The translations under genes were made by a program, and so were the position numbers. Positions 19,899-28,767 of a DNA stretch of 64,000 nt are shown here, one piece after another. How positions within the stretch are numbered: the stretch's first letter is position 1; each line of letters starts with the position of its first letter. This DNA is from Candidatus Omnitrophota bacterium (GTDB taxonomy: Bacteria; Omnitrophota; Gorgyraeia; Zapsychrales; JBDRMG01): the NCBI GenBank assembly GCA_043812495.1, contig JBDRMG010000018.1, positions 7,651 through 71,650 on the forward strand. The letters run 5' to 3'. Under the pieces are notes generated by a model. That model was not told the DNA's origin and did not search any database. It was given only the letters and a program-made list of their open reading frames with translations.

Positions 19899-20489
19899 TT
19901 AATTCGTTGTATATTCCAATGAAAATGCTCTAAGTTCTAGGTCACTGGCGGAGGTATCATCAATGTCGTCATGATCTCTGTTGACTCTAATAATCACTAA
20001 ATCATTAGCGGCTACGCTATCGTCATTGGTTAATGTTATGCTAATGGTATCGATTTTCCCGAGTGTTGTCGGCACGGTTGTTCCTCCTGAGATCTCATTG
20101 ACCGCACCAAAACTCGCTGTGTCTGGATCGCTTTCGCCATCTGTTAAGGCCATGACTTCGACTTCCATATCTACTTTATTAGTCGTGGTTGACACCATTG
20201 AGTAAAGCAATTTAGCTGTTAATCCGGAGAAATAGTTTTGTGGCATCCGGAACTGCCACGCAGCGCTTTCGGTTTGAGTATCGTCAAACAATAATCTCCA
20301 TGACAAAGTTGAGTTATTGTCAATTCTTGCAGGATTGGTAATGAAGCTACCGTTGATTTTGGCAGTTTCAACGGGTAGAACAATGGTTGCGGTGGTCCCG
20401 GCGTATATACAACGCGCGGTGATTAAGAACAAAACATTAATTACTATTATTAAAGTTATTAAAGTAATCAATAGAATTCGTTTTGTCAC
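19899..20489 (-). CDS. Secreted hypothetical protein, paralogue 3 of a tandem triplet
   Basis: 196 aa. GTG start (rc of cac at 20487-20489) preceded by AAGGAGGG. Signal peptide (…ITARCIYA|GTTATIVLPV). Same conserved blocks and C-terminal LELRAFSLEYTTN. Confidence 0.6.
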   Translation of the reverse strand: MTKRILLITLITLIIVINVLFLITARCIYAGTTATIVLPVETAKINGSFITNPARIDNNSTLSWRLLFDDTQTESAAWQFRMPQNYFSGLTAKLLYSMVSTTTNKVDMEVEVMALTDGESDPDTASFGAVNEISGGTTVPTTLGKIDTISITLTNDDSVAANDLVIIRVNRDHDDIDDTSASDLELRAFSLEYTTN

Positions 20490-20659
20490 AAACCCTCCTT
20501 ATCGATAATTATTAAGAATAATTTTTGTAAGGATCAACCAACGCCAATTGCCATACGAGTGAATAAGAGAAGCAGATTTTGCTTCCGGGTCTTTTGGCGA
20601 CCGCTCAAGATGGGAATAATAGAAATTGTCTTTGAATGTGGTTGGCCGCGCACAACGTA

Positions 20660-20687
20660 AGTATATTTTATATATAAAGTCTAACAA
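20660..20687 (-). promoter_or_regulatory. Candidate sigma70-type promoter for the paralogue/giant-protein/atp transcription unit
   Basis: Minus-strand TTGTTA-(16 nt)-TATACT (plus-strand TAACAA at 20682-20687 and AGTATA at 20660-20665). About 165 nt upstream of the GTG start at 20489, which carries a strong SD. Confidence 0.3.
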
Positions 20688-20714
20688 CTTTTTAATAAGA
20701 AAAATAAAGGTTTA

Positions 20715-20730
20715 AAGAAAACGTTTTCTT
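20715..20730 (-). terminator. Weak AT-rich hairpin + U-tract downstream of the TPR gene
   Basis: Perfect palindrome aagaaaacgttttctt. On the minus strand it is followed by taaacctttatttttcttatt. Could separate the secretin/TPR unit from the downstream unit. Confidence 0.2.
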
Positions 20731-20788
20731 GCGCAGAAATCTTGTAACTTCAATAATTTGTCGACTTATGGAAAAATCGTAAAAATCT

Positions 20789-21859
20789 CTAAAACGGCGT
20801 ATCGATGATGGAGTCAATGGTTGTTTTTAACGCCAATTTTGCTTCCAAAATCTTCTCCTTGACCAGATACGCGTCATCGGCCTCGGGTTCCAGGTACAGG
20901 TACATCTGATAATGCTCGATGGCGGTTTCATAATCCTGCAAGAACTCCCCGCTGATAAACGCCAAATTGTAATGCGCGCTTGCGTCGAAGGGTAAGAGCT
21001 CTATCACGCGCATATACTCCAAAGCGGCCTGGGTAAATTTCTTTTGCTCAAAAAAAGTATTGCCCAGATTGTAATGGAGCTTGGCCGAGTCTTCCAAAAG
21101 GCGTTTATTTTCCTGCCTGAGTTCCGTGATTTTTGAGGCGGCCTTGCGGGCCGTGCTTTCGACTTTGTGAAGCGTCTTTCTTGTTTTGTCCCGCAATTCC
21201 TTCTGGGTCTCTTTTTCGGCGGATGTGTGCTTCTTGTCCTTGAGGGTCGGCAAGATCTCCTGGATGGTGACGAGATCCTCCTTTTCTTGCTGAATTTTTT
21301 CTTTCTCCGTAACTTCAAGAGTTTCCTGAAATTGTTTCTCCTTCTGATCGAGGAGATTTCTTAATTCCTTGATTTGCGTCTCATATTTGCTTTGCATGGC
21401 ATCCAATTCCTGCAGTTGTCTCGATAAGTCGTCGCGCTGACGGCTGAGGGCATTGATGCGGTTGGAACGGATCTCTGTCTGACCGCGCAGGGACCCAATC
21501 TCTTTTTCTACCGATTCCTTCTCATCGATCAATCTTTTATTTTCCTCGATCATGTTTTTGAGGCTTTCATTGATCATAAGGATTTGCTTTTCTTCAACGG
21601 AAAGCTCAGCATCGGCCTTTTGGCCTTGCGGTAAGACAGCCTCTTTGCCCCCTACGGGTTCTTCGGAAAGAATCATCTGGTCCAAACCAATTTCTGTTTG
21701 AATCAGTTCTCCTTGCATATCATCTTCCTGAACGCCAAGGTCTTCCTGCTGAGCCCACAGGGCCGGCAGCGCAGCTACGCACAAACCTATCATGCAGGTC
21801 AAAAGGCAAAATGCCCAAAGCCAGATTTTCCCTCTCCAACCTTTCCGCTTTTTTTCCAT
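20789..21859 (-). CDS. Membrane-anchored coiled-coil + TPR protein (MshN/PilF-like secretin-associated protein)
   Basis: Start set to internal MEKKRKGWRGKIWLWAFCLLTCMIGL (signal/anchor), preceded by AGGATAAG. The longer 382-aa ORF would run through the intergenic repeat element. About 200 aa of coiled coil. C-terminal TPR-like AKLHYNLGNTFFEQKKFTQAALEYMRVIELLPFDASAHYNLAF...AIEHYQMYLYLEPE. Confidence 0.6.
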   Translation of the reverse strand: MEKKRKGWRGKIWLWAFCLLTCMIGLCVAALPALWAQQEDLGVQEDDMQGELIQTEIGLDQMILSEEPVGGKEAVLPQGQKADAELSVEEKQILMINESLKNMIEENKRLIDEKESVEKEIGSLRGQTEIRSNRINALSRQRDDLSRQLQELDAMQSKYETQIKELRNLLDQKEKQFQETLEVTEKEKIQQEKEDLVTIQEILPTLKDKKHTSAEKETQKELRDKTRKTLHKVESTARKAASKITELRQENKRLLEDSAKLHYNLGNTFFEQKKFTQAALEYMRVIELLPFDASAHYNLAFISGEFLQDYETAIEHYQMYLYLEPEADDAYLVKEKILEAKLALKTTIDSIIDTPF

Positions 21860-21875
21860 AATCTTATCCTTTTTT

Positions 21876-21977
21876 GAAATATTATGATTGTATTTGCTTG
21901 ATCCCCAGAGTCCGCCACTGATTGAGCGGCGGGACATCCGTAAGTCGCGGCCTCATTAAGATTTGTTTAATATTCTT
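21876..21977. repeat. REP/MITE-like element (family A) between secretin and TPR genes
   Basis: AAATATTATGATTGTATTTGCTTGATCCCC + ccgccactgattgagcggcgg hairpin + ...cggcctcattaag. Confidence 0.65.
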
Positions 21978-23609
21978 TCACTTGCGTAAATCAATTGTCT
22001 TTTGGCGATAATCTTTCATGGGTTTAATCGAACCGCGCCACTCATCGTAGGGTTCGGTCGCCTGGACGATGTGCGGCGTAATAAAGATTACGATTTCCGT
22101 ATTTGTGATGGTATCGCTTTTGCTGCCAAAAAGATTGCCCACAAAAGGAATATCCATTAAGAACGGTATTCCTTTTTTAATTCCGCTTTTGTCTGCCTTT
22201 TTCAGGCCGCCTAAGATCACCGTGTTTCCGTCTTTGACCATGACGGTCGTCTCCACAAGTGTTTTGTTGACCTGCGGAATACCGCCGCCTTGCGAACTGA
22301 TTCTGGCGACAACCGTTGAGATCTCGGGCAAAAGACGCATCGTGACATAACCGTCATCATTGATTGTCGGTGTGACATTCAATTTCAAACCCACATCCAC
22401 AAAGCGCACGTCTTCTGAAGTGATGGCATTGTCTCCTGTACCCGATGTTGTAGAAATAATATAGGGCACGGTATCCCCGATATGGATTTTGGCCTCTTCA
22501 TTATTGGTCACCAGAAGTTTTGGATTCGATAAAATACGCGTATCGCTGATCTGCTTGAGAGCGCGCAAAGACATTTGAAAGGCATCCTGCGTAAAGTTGC
22601 CCACAGCGACCTTGCTGAACATGGAATAGAGATTGTCGCTCGTGGATAAATTGCTTTCATCCAAAAAGGCATTATTAAAGGAGACTTTTTTGATCTCATC
22701 GTCCGCGCTGTATCTGAAGTCCAGATTCCAATCCACGCCTGCATCAAACTGGGGCTTAAAGGTCAATTGCAAAACACGCGCCTCAATCATGACTTCCTTG
22801 GTTTTGACATCCAGGCTTTTCACTAATTCATCCACATCCTTGCGCCGGCCCGGAAAGGCGCGGACAATGAGCTGATTGGAGCGTTCGTCGGCCACAACAG
22901 AACCCACGGCATTGGCATCGATGCGGCTTCTTAATTTTTCCGCGACCACATCGGCCTTGGCGTATTGCAGATTGTAAATATACGTTTCCAGGGGTTTTTC
23001 GATTTGGATGATGGCCTCTTTCATTCGCGCGATGGCCTCGGGCGTATCGATCATCACAACCGAACCCGTATCCTCATCAATGATAATTTTGCCCAGATTG
23101 CTTTTGATATTATCCAGGGTTGCCAGCGCATAGCTGGGCTTGGCGTAATCCAGATGAACGATGCTCACCTGAGAACGGTCATTGAATTTGCGACCATACA
23201 TTTCCTGGTATTCGGCCTCGGACATGACAAAGATGATTTCATTCTGGAGCGTATACGCTAGGCCGTTGGAAATCAAAATGATGTCCAAGACATCTTCGAT
23301 CGAAACGCTTTGCAGATACAGGGTGATGCGGCCGCCCACGGCCCGGGAGGTGACCACATTGAATTCGCCTTTGAGCGCCAGAAATTTAATGACATCGATG
23401 ATGTTCATGTCGCGCACATCCAGGGTGATTTTGCGCTCCAGGCGTTTTTCGAGAGCATCCTGAACATTTTTGGACTTGATGGGAATCGGGGCTTCGATCA
23501 GTTCTTGATCTAATTCTTGAGCATACGCTACGGTGCATGCCCATAGGATCGCCGTCAGACACAATGTCCGACACAAAACATTCATTCTGCTTTTGTGTAT
23601 TTTTCTCAT
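21978..23609 (-). CDS. gspD: Secretin (GspD/MshL/PilQ family outer-membrane channel)
   Basis: 543 aa. Signal peptide. N0-type domain. C-terminal secretin domain ...NPKLLVTNNEEAKIHIGDTVPY...VGLKLNVTPTINDDGYVTMRLLPEIS...VMVKDGNTVILGGL...IPFLMDIPFVGNLFGS...EIVIFITPHIV. Confidence 0.9.
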   Translation of the reverse strand: MRKIHKSRMNVLCRTLCLTAILWACTVAYAQELDQELIEAPIPIKSKNVQDALEKRLERKITLDVRDMNIIDVIKFLALKGEFNVVTSRAVGGRITLYLQSVSIEDVLDIILISNGLAYTLQNEIIFVMSEAEYQEMYGRKFNDRSQVSIVHLDYAKPSYALATLDNIKSNLGKIIIDEDTGSVVMIDTPEAIARMKEAIIQIEKPLETYIYNLQYAKADVVAEKLRSRIDANAVGSVVADERSNQLIVRAFPGRRKDVDELVKSLDVKTKEVMIEARVLQLTFKPQFDAGVDWNLDFRYSADDEIKKVSFNNAFLDESNLSTSDNLYSMFSKVAVGNFTQDAFQMSLRALKQISDTRILSNPKLLVTNNEEAKIHIGDTVPYIISTTSGTGDNAITSEDVRFVDVGLKLNVTPTINDDGYVTMRLLPEISTVVARISSQGGGIPQVNKTLVETTVMVKDGNTVILGGLKKADKSGIKKGIPFLMDIPFVGNLFGSKSDTITNTEIVIFITPHIVQATEPYDEWRGSIKPMKDYRQKTIDLRK

Positions 23610-24373
23610 AGTTTCAACACCCGCTCCTCGTTTTCATACGTCAGGATGATCCGGTCGGCATAGATAGTTTTAATGGCCACATCATTAATTGTTTCGCCTT
23701 GTTTGAGGAAAAATGTCACTTGGCTTACGGTATTTTCAATCATGGCCGATGCCGATTCCGGGGTCTCGGACCAGGAGATCCCCACCAGCTTTAGGTCTTT
23801 GGTCATTGTTTCTATTTCACTGGCCTGAAGCTCGACAATGAGATCTTCGGTCGGCTTTTTCTTCTCATAAGGCTGAAACAGGTTGCGCCGTTTAAAATTC
23901 TCCAGGTAGTCGCTGATTTGCTTGATCGGAAGAAGCGCCATTATCATTTGCCCTTTTTGATTTTGGTCGACTTCAAAAATTACCTTTCCTTTGACGGACT
24001 TGAAATCTTTGATGACGTTGATCGTCAGAATCACCGCTGTGACCATGACTATGACACCTAAGAGGTGATTGATTTCTTTTAATCCTAAAGACAACGAGGC
24101 GGGGAATTGCGGAGGCTTTCCTTTGAGCAAATCCATCAGGGGCGATAAAAAAGACGGAAGATTGAGGGGTGGCAACCCTGTTCCTTTGACGGCTTGAGCT
24201 ACTTGCTGGGCCGCATCCTGGCTTTGAGGCGCCGGAGACGCCTGAGGCTGAGGTTGAGCTTGAGGCGATTGCGGGGTTTGCGGAGCTTGCTGGGCTTGGG
24301 CGGCTTGCTCTTGCTGGCCCTGGCTTTCAATGATTTTTAAAAGTTTTTGTTCAGCGGTTTCTTTTTTGGCCAT
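23606..24373 (-). CDS. Bitopic Q/P-rich inner-membrane protein, putative GspC/PilP-like secretin-interacting component
   Basis: 255 aa. Cytoplasmic Gln/Pro-rich N-terminus, single TM (LLGVIVMVTAVILTINVI), ~130-aa periplasmic domain. Stop overlaps the secretin start (translational coupling). Assignment is by topology and context only. Confidence 0.4.
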   Translation of the reverse strand: MAKKETAEQKLLKIIESQGQQEQAAQAQQAPQTPQSPQAQPQPQASPAPQSQDAAQQVAQAVKGTGLPPLNLPSFLSPLMDLLKGKPPQFPASLSLGLKEINHLLGVIVMVTAVILTINVIKDFKSVKGKVIFEVDQNQKGQMIMALLPIKQISDYLENFKRRNLFQPYEKKKPTEDLIVELQASEIETMTKDLKLVGISWSETPESASAMIENTVSQVTFFLKQGETINDVAIKTIYADRIILTYENEERVLKL

Positions 24374-24384
24374 GGCTCATTTTC

Positions 24385-25326
24385 TTACATCTTTGTTTTT
24401 TGAATGTTCGGATGACGATCGAGGCCGACTTGTCTTTCCTTTTCGATCACATCGCGCACAATGATGCGGTCCACCATCGGCTTATTCTGCATGACCATCT
24501 CTTTTAAAACCTTATGGCACAAAAGCGTGATCGCGCGCGGATACCCTTTGGAATAGTTATAAATTTCGCTCACGGCCTCATCATGAAAGAATTCCATGCG
24601 ACCGCTGTAGCCCGCTTTTTGAATACGGTAGTGAATCATGGCTTTTGTTTCCTGCGGCCCTAAAGGATTCAGCGTATATTTGAAACTGATCCGGTCTAGG
24701 AAGTTGGGCATGTTGACAATCTTGGGATACAATTCCATCTGCCCTAAGAGAACCAGTTGAATCAATTTGTATTCGTTGGTTTCGAAATTGAGAAGCAGGC
24801 GCAAAACTTCCAAGGTGGTGAGGCTCAGTTTTTGCGCTTCATCGATAATGAGAATGACTGTACTTTTTTCTTCCACACATTTTTGAATCAGGAACCGCTC
24901 GATGGTATCGCGCAGTTCCAAAATATTGGTCATATTGGTTTGGGTTTCCTGGTCGTACTCCAAGCTAAAATTTTTCACCAGAGAAAATAAAAACTGCTCT
25001 TCGCTTTCAAAGGACGGATTGAGGATCATATGAAAAATCATGTCGCCGCGCGCGCGAAGTTCTTGGACGAGTTTGCGCGAGAGAGATGTCTTTCCCGTTC
25101 CTATATCTCCAAAGATGACTGTGAGTCCGCGCTTTAAGCGCAGTTCAATCAGGATATTGGTGAGGGCCATGTCGTGTTCCCGGGTGAGATAAAAGAATTC
25201 CGGATCAGGGCTTGTGGAGAAGGGTTCCTTTTGAAATCCTAATAATTTATAATAACTCATATTCAGCTTACTATTAATATTAATTAACAGAACTAAAAAA
25301 ATTTTGCCTATCCGACGGATGAGCAA
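24385..25326 (-). CDS. ExeA/GspA/MshM-like AAA ATPase
   Basis: 313 aa. MSYYKLLGFQKEPFSTSPDPEFFYLTREHDMAL...VIFGDIGTGKTSLSRKL (ExeA-type N-terminal block and P-loop). Walker B IIDEAQKL. No TM or PG-binding extension, which makes it MshM-sized. Confidence 0.75.
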   Translation of the reverse strand: MLIRRIGKIFLVLLININSKLNMSYYKLLGFQKEPFSTSPDPEFFYLTREHDMALTNILIELRLKRGLTVIFGDIGTGKTSLSRKLVQELRARGDMIFHMILNPSFESEEQFLFSLVKNFSLEYDQETQTNMTNILELRDTIERFLIQKCVEEKSTVILIIDEAQKLSLTTLEVLRLLLNFETNEYKLIQLVLLGQMELYPKIVNMPNFLDRISFKYTLNPLGPQETKAMIHYRIQKAGYSGRMEFFHDEAVSEIYNYSKGYPRAITLLCHKVLKEMVMQNKPMVDRIIVRDVIEKERQVGLDRHPNIQKTKM

Positions 25327-25388
25327 CTATCATAAAATGAGTGTATGAGTAATTTTATTTTAGCATAAGTGGTATGCTTGGGAAGGAT

Positions 25389-26378
25389 TTATTTCACTTT
25401 TTTGGAAAGAAAATTCAAAAGACAGGAAGGAATCCCGGCTAAAAAACCGGATGTTCTTGCCCATGCGCGAAGACCCATGACCCAAGACCAGAAAAATGCC
25501 TCTTTCGTCTTTTTTGTCATATCTAATGCATAGAAAATTTCCATGATACTCAAAAAAAGCATGCTACTTGCAAGGATTCTGAAGGCCCATGGCCTCAGCT
25601 GAGGGATTAAGCACAAGATCACACTCAATAAAATCAATAAAATCAGCGGCGGTTCGATCATATCTTTCCAGAATGTGTAGTCATCCCCGAGGCTCATCCG
25701 GGGGTGGTCTCTATACATCATGACACGCCAGAATCCATGGCGGAATTGTTCTTTTAAATACTTTCTTAGTTCGGTTGTGTGTTGGTGGGCAACTAAAATT
25801 TCTTGCGCAAAGTAAATTTTGTAACCCTTGTTTAGAATTTTGTAGCTTAAATCATTATCCTCTCCGCTTGCATGGCGGTATTGTTCATTAAAACCGCCAA
25901 CCTCCTCAAACACATTTCTTCTAACGCAAAAGTTATAGCTACCAAAGGATTTAGGATAAAGAGGCATTAATTTGATGTGACGATACATTATTTCTTTTTG
26001 TATGCACCGAGCCAGTAAACTGTCTTTATTGTACAATGTATAGCTTCCGGCAACAACTCCGATGGCAGGGTCCTTAAAATGCTTAAGAGCGCGCTGAATC
26101 CAATCCTTCTGAGGCATGCAATCCGCATCTGTAAAGAATATCCATTCCCCTTTTGATTCTTTGAATCCCCGATTTCGCGCACAGGCAGGTCCTTGATTTT
26201 CTTGTCGAATATAAAGAATGCCAGGAGCAAATTTCAGAATATTTTGCGTATTATCCGTCGAGCCATCATCTACCACAATCAATTCATGCTCTTGTGGATT
26301 GATCTGACTTTTGACGGCTTCAATTGTCTTTTCAATCGTTTTTTCACCGTTATAAACGGGAATAATGATGCTGATCAT
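25389..26378 (-). CDS. Family 2 glycosyltransferase with C-terminal membrane region
   Basis: MISIIIPVYNGEKTIEKTIEAVKSQ...ELIVVDDGSTDNT...FTDADC. C-terminal hydrophobic segments. Confidence 0.8.
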   Translation of the reverse strand: MISIIIPVYNGEKTIEKTIEAVKSQINPQEHELIVVDDGSTDNTQNILKFAPGILYIRQENQGPACARNRGFKESKGEWIFFTDADCMPQKDWIQRALKHFKDPAIGVVAGSYTLYNKDSLLARCIQKEIMYRHIKLMPLYPKSFGSYNFCVRRNVFEEVGGFNEQYRHASGEDNDLSYKILNKGYKIYFAQEILVAHQHTTELRKYLKEQFRHGFWRVMMYRDHPRMSLGDDYTFWKDMIEPPLILLILLSVILCLIPQLRPWAFRILASSMLFLSIMEIFYALDMTKKTKEAFFWSWVMGLRAWARTSGFLAGIPSCLLNFLSKKVK

Positions 26379-26386
26379 TTATTTTC

Positions 26387-27064
26387 CTAATCGTTGATTA
26401 TCTTTTTCTTTTTCGCAATAACATAAAGCAGCATGCCAAATGATTGACCGCAAATGCGGTCGGGGGAGATTGCAAAAGGAATGGTATTGATGCCACCTTT
26501 TTGAATAACATCTAATTCATTAATTTCATGAACAGAGATCAAAGTCCTTGTCGTAAAAGGAGTTTCGTAAATCCCTGGCATAAGAAAGGGACGCAACAGC
26601 TGCCAGGGTGACCAGCGATTCGGAACAAAAGTTGCTAAGATGCCGTCATCGCCCAGCAAACCTGCGAGATTTCTAAGAATCCTAATTTGATGACTTTGAT
26701 CAAAATGTTCCAGGAGTCCATCGGAAAAGATCAGGGAAAACCTTTCAGGCAGACACGACGCCAATTCGTCTTTTGTGAGATCGCATTGGATGGTCTTTGC
26801 GCGGCCATCGGTCTTCTCGCTTGTCATCTTGAGAGCCTGCTCGGAATAATCGCAGGCTGTTGTGTTCATGCCCTGATCGCAGAAATATTTCGCAAAAAAG
26901 CCGCTTCCGCAGCCGGCATCGAGCGCATTCTTTCCTTTTTGCGCAAAGGGCTCAACGACTTTTATGATCCTTCTTTTGGACCAGCTAGCGTTTTCGCTTG
27001 TCTTTGATTCTTCACTGCTCCAGAATTGATTCCAAGAATTTTTTGTTGTCTGCTTTTGTGTCAT
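26387..27064 (-). CDS. Class I SAM-dependent methyltransferase
   Basis: Motif I ALDAGCGSGFFAKYF. Post-I acidic residue CDYSE. Motif II LIFSDGLLEHF. Confidence 0.75.
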   Translation of the reverse strand: MTQKQTTKNSWNQFWSSEESKTSENASWSKRRIIKVVEPFAQKGKNALDAGCGSGFFAKYFCDQGMNTTACDYSEQALKMTSEKTDGRAKTIQCDLTKDELASCLPERFSLIFSDGLLEHFDQSHQIRILRNLAGLLGDDGILATFVPNRWSPWQLLRPFLMPGIYETPFTTRTLISVHEINELDVIQKGGINTIPFAISPDRICGQSFGMLLYVIAKKKKIIND

Positions 27065-27414
27065 ACCATCTTCTTTTCCTTTAAATCATTAATTTCTTTC
27101 TCAAGCAATGCCATTTTCTGCGCCATAATTTCATTGCGTCGTTCCTGCTGATAAAGGAATGTTGTTGATAGCAAACTCAAGAAAATAAAAAAGCTTAGCA
27201 ACGAGAAGAAAATAAAATTGCTCGGTAACTCAAAACCAAGAAACGTGGCCATCCGGAATAACGCTTGATCAAAGATGACAAAGAACAAACCCGCAACGAA
27301 AAGGATCATCCATCCAAAAGCGTATTTGAATGTCAGTTTTTCCTGACGGATTAATTCGATCAAGAATGCAAGAAATCCGAGCAATATGCCCGCGCTGATT
27401 ATTTTGACATGCAT
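27061..27414 (-). CDS. Small 3-4 TM membrane protein (DUF2304-like partner of polyprenyl-phosphate glycosyltransferases)
   Basis: 117 aa, hydrophobic, ELIRQEKLTFKYAFGW motif. C-terminal coiled tail. Sits directly downstream of the DPM1-like GT2, as such proteins typically do. Confidence 0.45.
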   Translation of the reverse strand: MHVKIISAGILLGFLAFLIELIRQEKLTFKYAFGWMILFVAGLFFVIFDQALFRMATFLGFELPSNFIFFSLLSFFIFLSLLSTTFLYQQERRNEIMAQKMALLEKEINDLKEKKMV

Positions 27415-27418
27415 CGTG

Positions 27419-28129
27419 CTATCCTTTCTTCTTTAAGGTATTCATCAGAATCGCAAATGTCACTTTTATCATATAGTAGAGCGTGCTCAAATAACGAATT
27501 GACGAGAGTCCTTGCTGACGCTTGCGCATTTCAACAGGGACTTCCTGAAATCGAACGCCTGCTTTTTTCGCCATCATGATTTCTTCGGGTTCCGGAAAAT
27601 CCGTCGGATAGTCATCGGCAAACAGGCGAATCATCTTTTGATTATAAGCTCGAAATCCCGATGTGGAATCTGTTACGGCCAAGTGCGTTAACCCGCTGAT
27701 GAGCCATGCAAAGAAATTGATTCCTATGCGCCGGACAAAGGAGGATTGATACCCCAAAAACGGCGGGATAAAACGGCTTCCGACCGTAAGATCGGCCCGG
27801 TCATTCAGCACAGGTTCGGCGAGTGCTGCCAGATAGCGGACATCATGCTGGCCGTCGGCATCCACGCGCAGAACAAAATCATATTTTTCCTTAAGGGCGT
27901 ATTTAAATCCTGTTTGCACAGCGCCGCCGATGCCCACATTAAAAGGAAGGCGCACAACCAAGGCCCCGCTGTCTTTAGCTCTTTGCCTCGTCTCATCCTG
28001 TGAGCCGTCGTCAATCACAAGGAAATCATACGGGAGATGAAGATCCTGTATTTCGGTGAGAATCTGCCTGATATTCTTTTCTTCATTGAAGGCGGGAATG
28101 ATGATTAAAACTCTTTTGTTTTGTATCAT
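27419..28129 (-). CDS. GT2 polyprenyl-phosphate sugar transferase (DPM1/GtrB-like)
   Basis: VLIIIPAFNEEKNI...FLVIDDGSQDETRQ...LRVDADGQHD. About 236 aa, soluble, with C-terminal amphipathic end. Confidence 0.8.
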   Translation of the reverse strand: MIQNKRVLIIIPAFNEEKNIRQILTEIQDLHLPYDFLVIDDGSQDETRQRAKDSGALVVRLPFNVGIGGAVQTGFKYALKEKYDFVLRVDADGQHDVRYLAALAEPVLNDRADLTVGSRFIPPFLGYQSSFVRRIGINFFAWLISGLTHLAVTDSTSGFRAYNQKMIRLFADDYPTDFPEPEEIMMAKKAGVRFQEVPVEMRKRQQGLSSIRYLSTLYYMIKVTFAILMNTLKKKG

Positions 28130-28380
28130 GATTTAAATAAGATGTTATGATTACATTCGTTTTCATCCCCGCCATTGATTTTAGCGGCGAGCCTCTCGCT
28201 CATTATCATTCGCTCGAGGTAAATTCCGGCATTTGAGTTACGTTCCGTCAATTCGATAAAATCGAATTGACGAGACCTCGCGAAAATATTGAGAAAAAGG
28301 CGGGCGTTTCACTCCGTAACTCAAGCCGTCATTTATCGGCCATATGACTTATGTCGCTTCGCTGACCATAAGTCATGGCC
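28130..28380. repeat. REP/MITE-like element (family A) including perfect 27-bp palindrome
   Basis: Shares gtt(t)ccgtcaattcgataaaatcgaattgacgagacctcgc with 11520-11566. Ends with catatgacttatgtcgcttcgctgaccataagtcatggcctcatgg, the cataagtcatggcctcat module seen at 7035-7194 and 54515-54675. Confidence 0.7.
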
Positions 28381-28767
28381 TCATGGATATTTAATCACGC
28401 CAGCTTCTTGAAGGCGGGATATCAAACTGTGATCAATAATTTGTTTGCCCATGTTGATAATGACTCCCCCTTTAATGGATTTATCGATACGGATCTCAAG
28501 CGGTATGTTCCTTCCGCATTTCTTGAGTAAAGAATCCGTGATTTTGGCTTTGTCTTGGGGCGCAAGATCGCTGTACGCAATGATTTCGACTTTCGACAGC
28601 TGAAGGTCGAGTGCGCTTGGATAAATGGTGAGAACCTTCTGAATGGCGCTTTCCATCAACTGTTTGTGCAAGATTTTGACAAGAACAAAGACGATGATCG
28701 AAATGACAGCGATCTGTCCGCAGAATACAATCACAAATACTTTTCCCATTAATAAACCTGTTTCCAT
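28381..28767 (-). CDS. Membrane-anchored protein consisting of one TM helix plus an ATP-synthase delta/OSCP C-terminal-like domain
   Basis: 128 aa. TM VFVIVFCGQIAVISIIVFVLV. Residues ~55-125, SKVEIIAYSDLAPQDKAKITDSLLKKCGRNIPLEIRIDKSIKGGVIINMGKQIIDHSLISRLQE, align to E. coli delta [65 protein letters not shown]. Start overlaps the stop of the S41 peptidase. Confidence 0.55.
   Translation of the reverse strand: METGLLMGKVFVIVFCGQIAVISIIVFVLVKILHKQLMESAIQKVLTIYPSALDLQLSKVEIIAYSDLAPQDKAKITDSLLKKCGRNIPLEIRIDKSIKGGVIINMGKQIIDHSLISRLQEAGVIKYP

Noticed and set aside
21004-21318. 104-aa Arg/Lys-rich minus-strand ORF
   Set aside because: Alternate frame inside the TPR/coiled-coil gene. Composition reflects the K/E-rich coiled coil read out of frame.
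21860-21937. 26-codon N-terminal extension of the TPR protein ORF
   Set aside because: It runs through the conserved intergenic repeat element. An internal ATG with AGGA RBS gives a sensible signal-anchor start.
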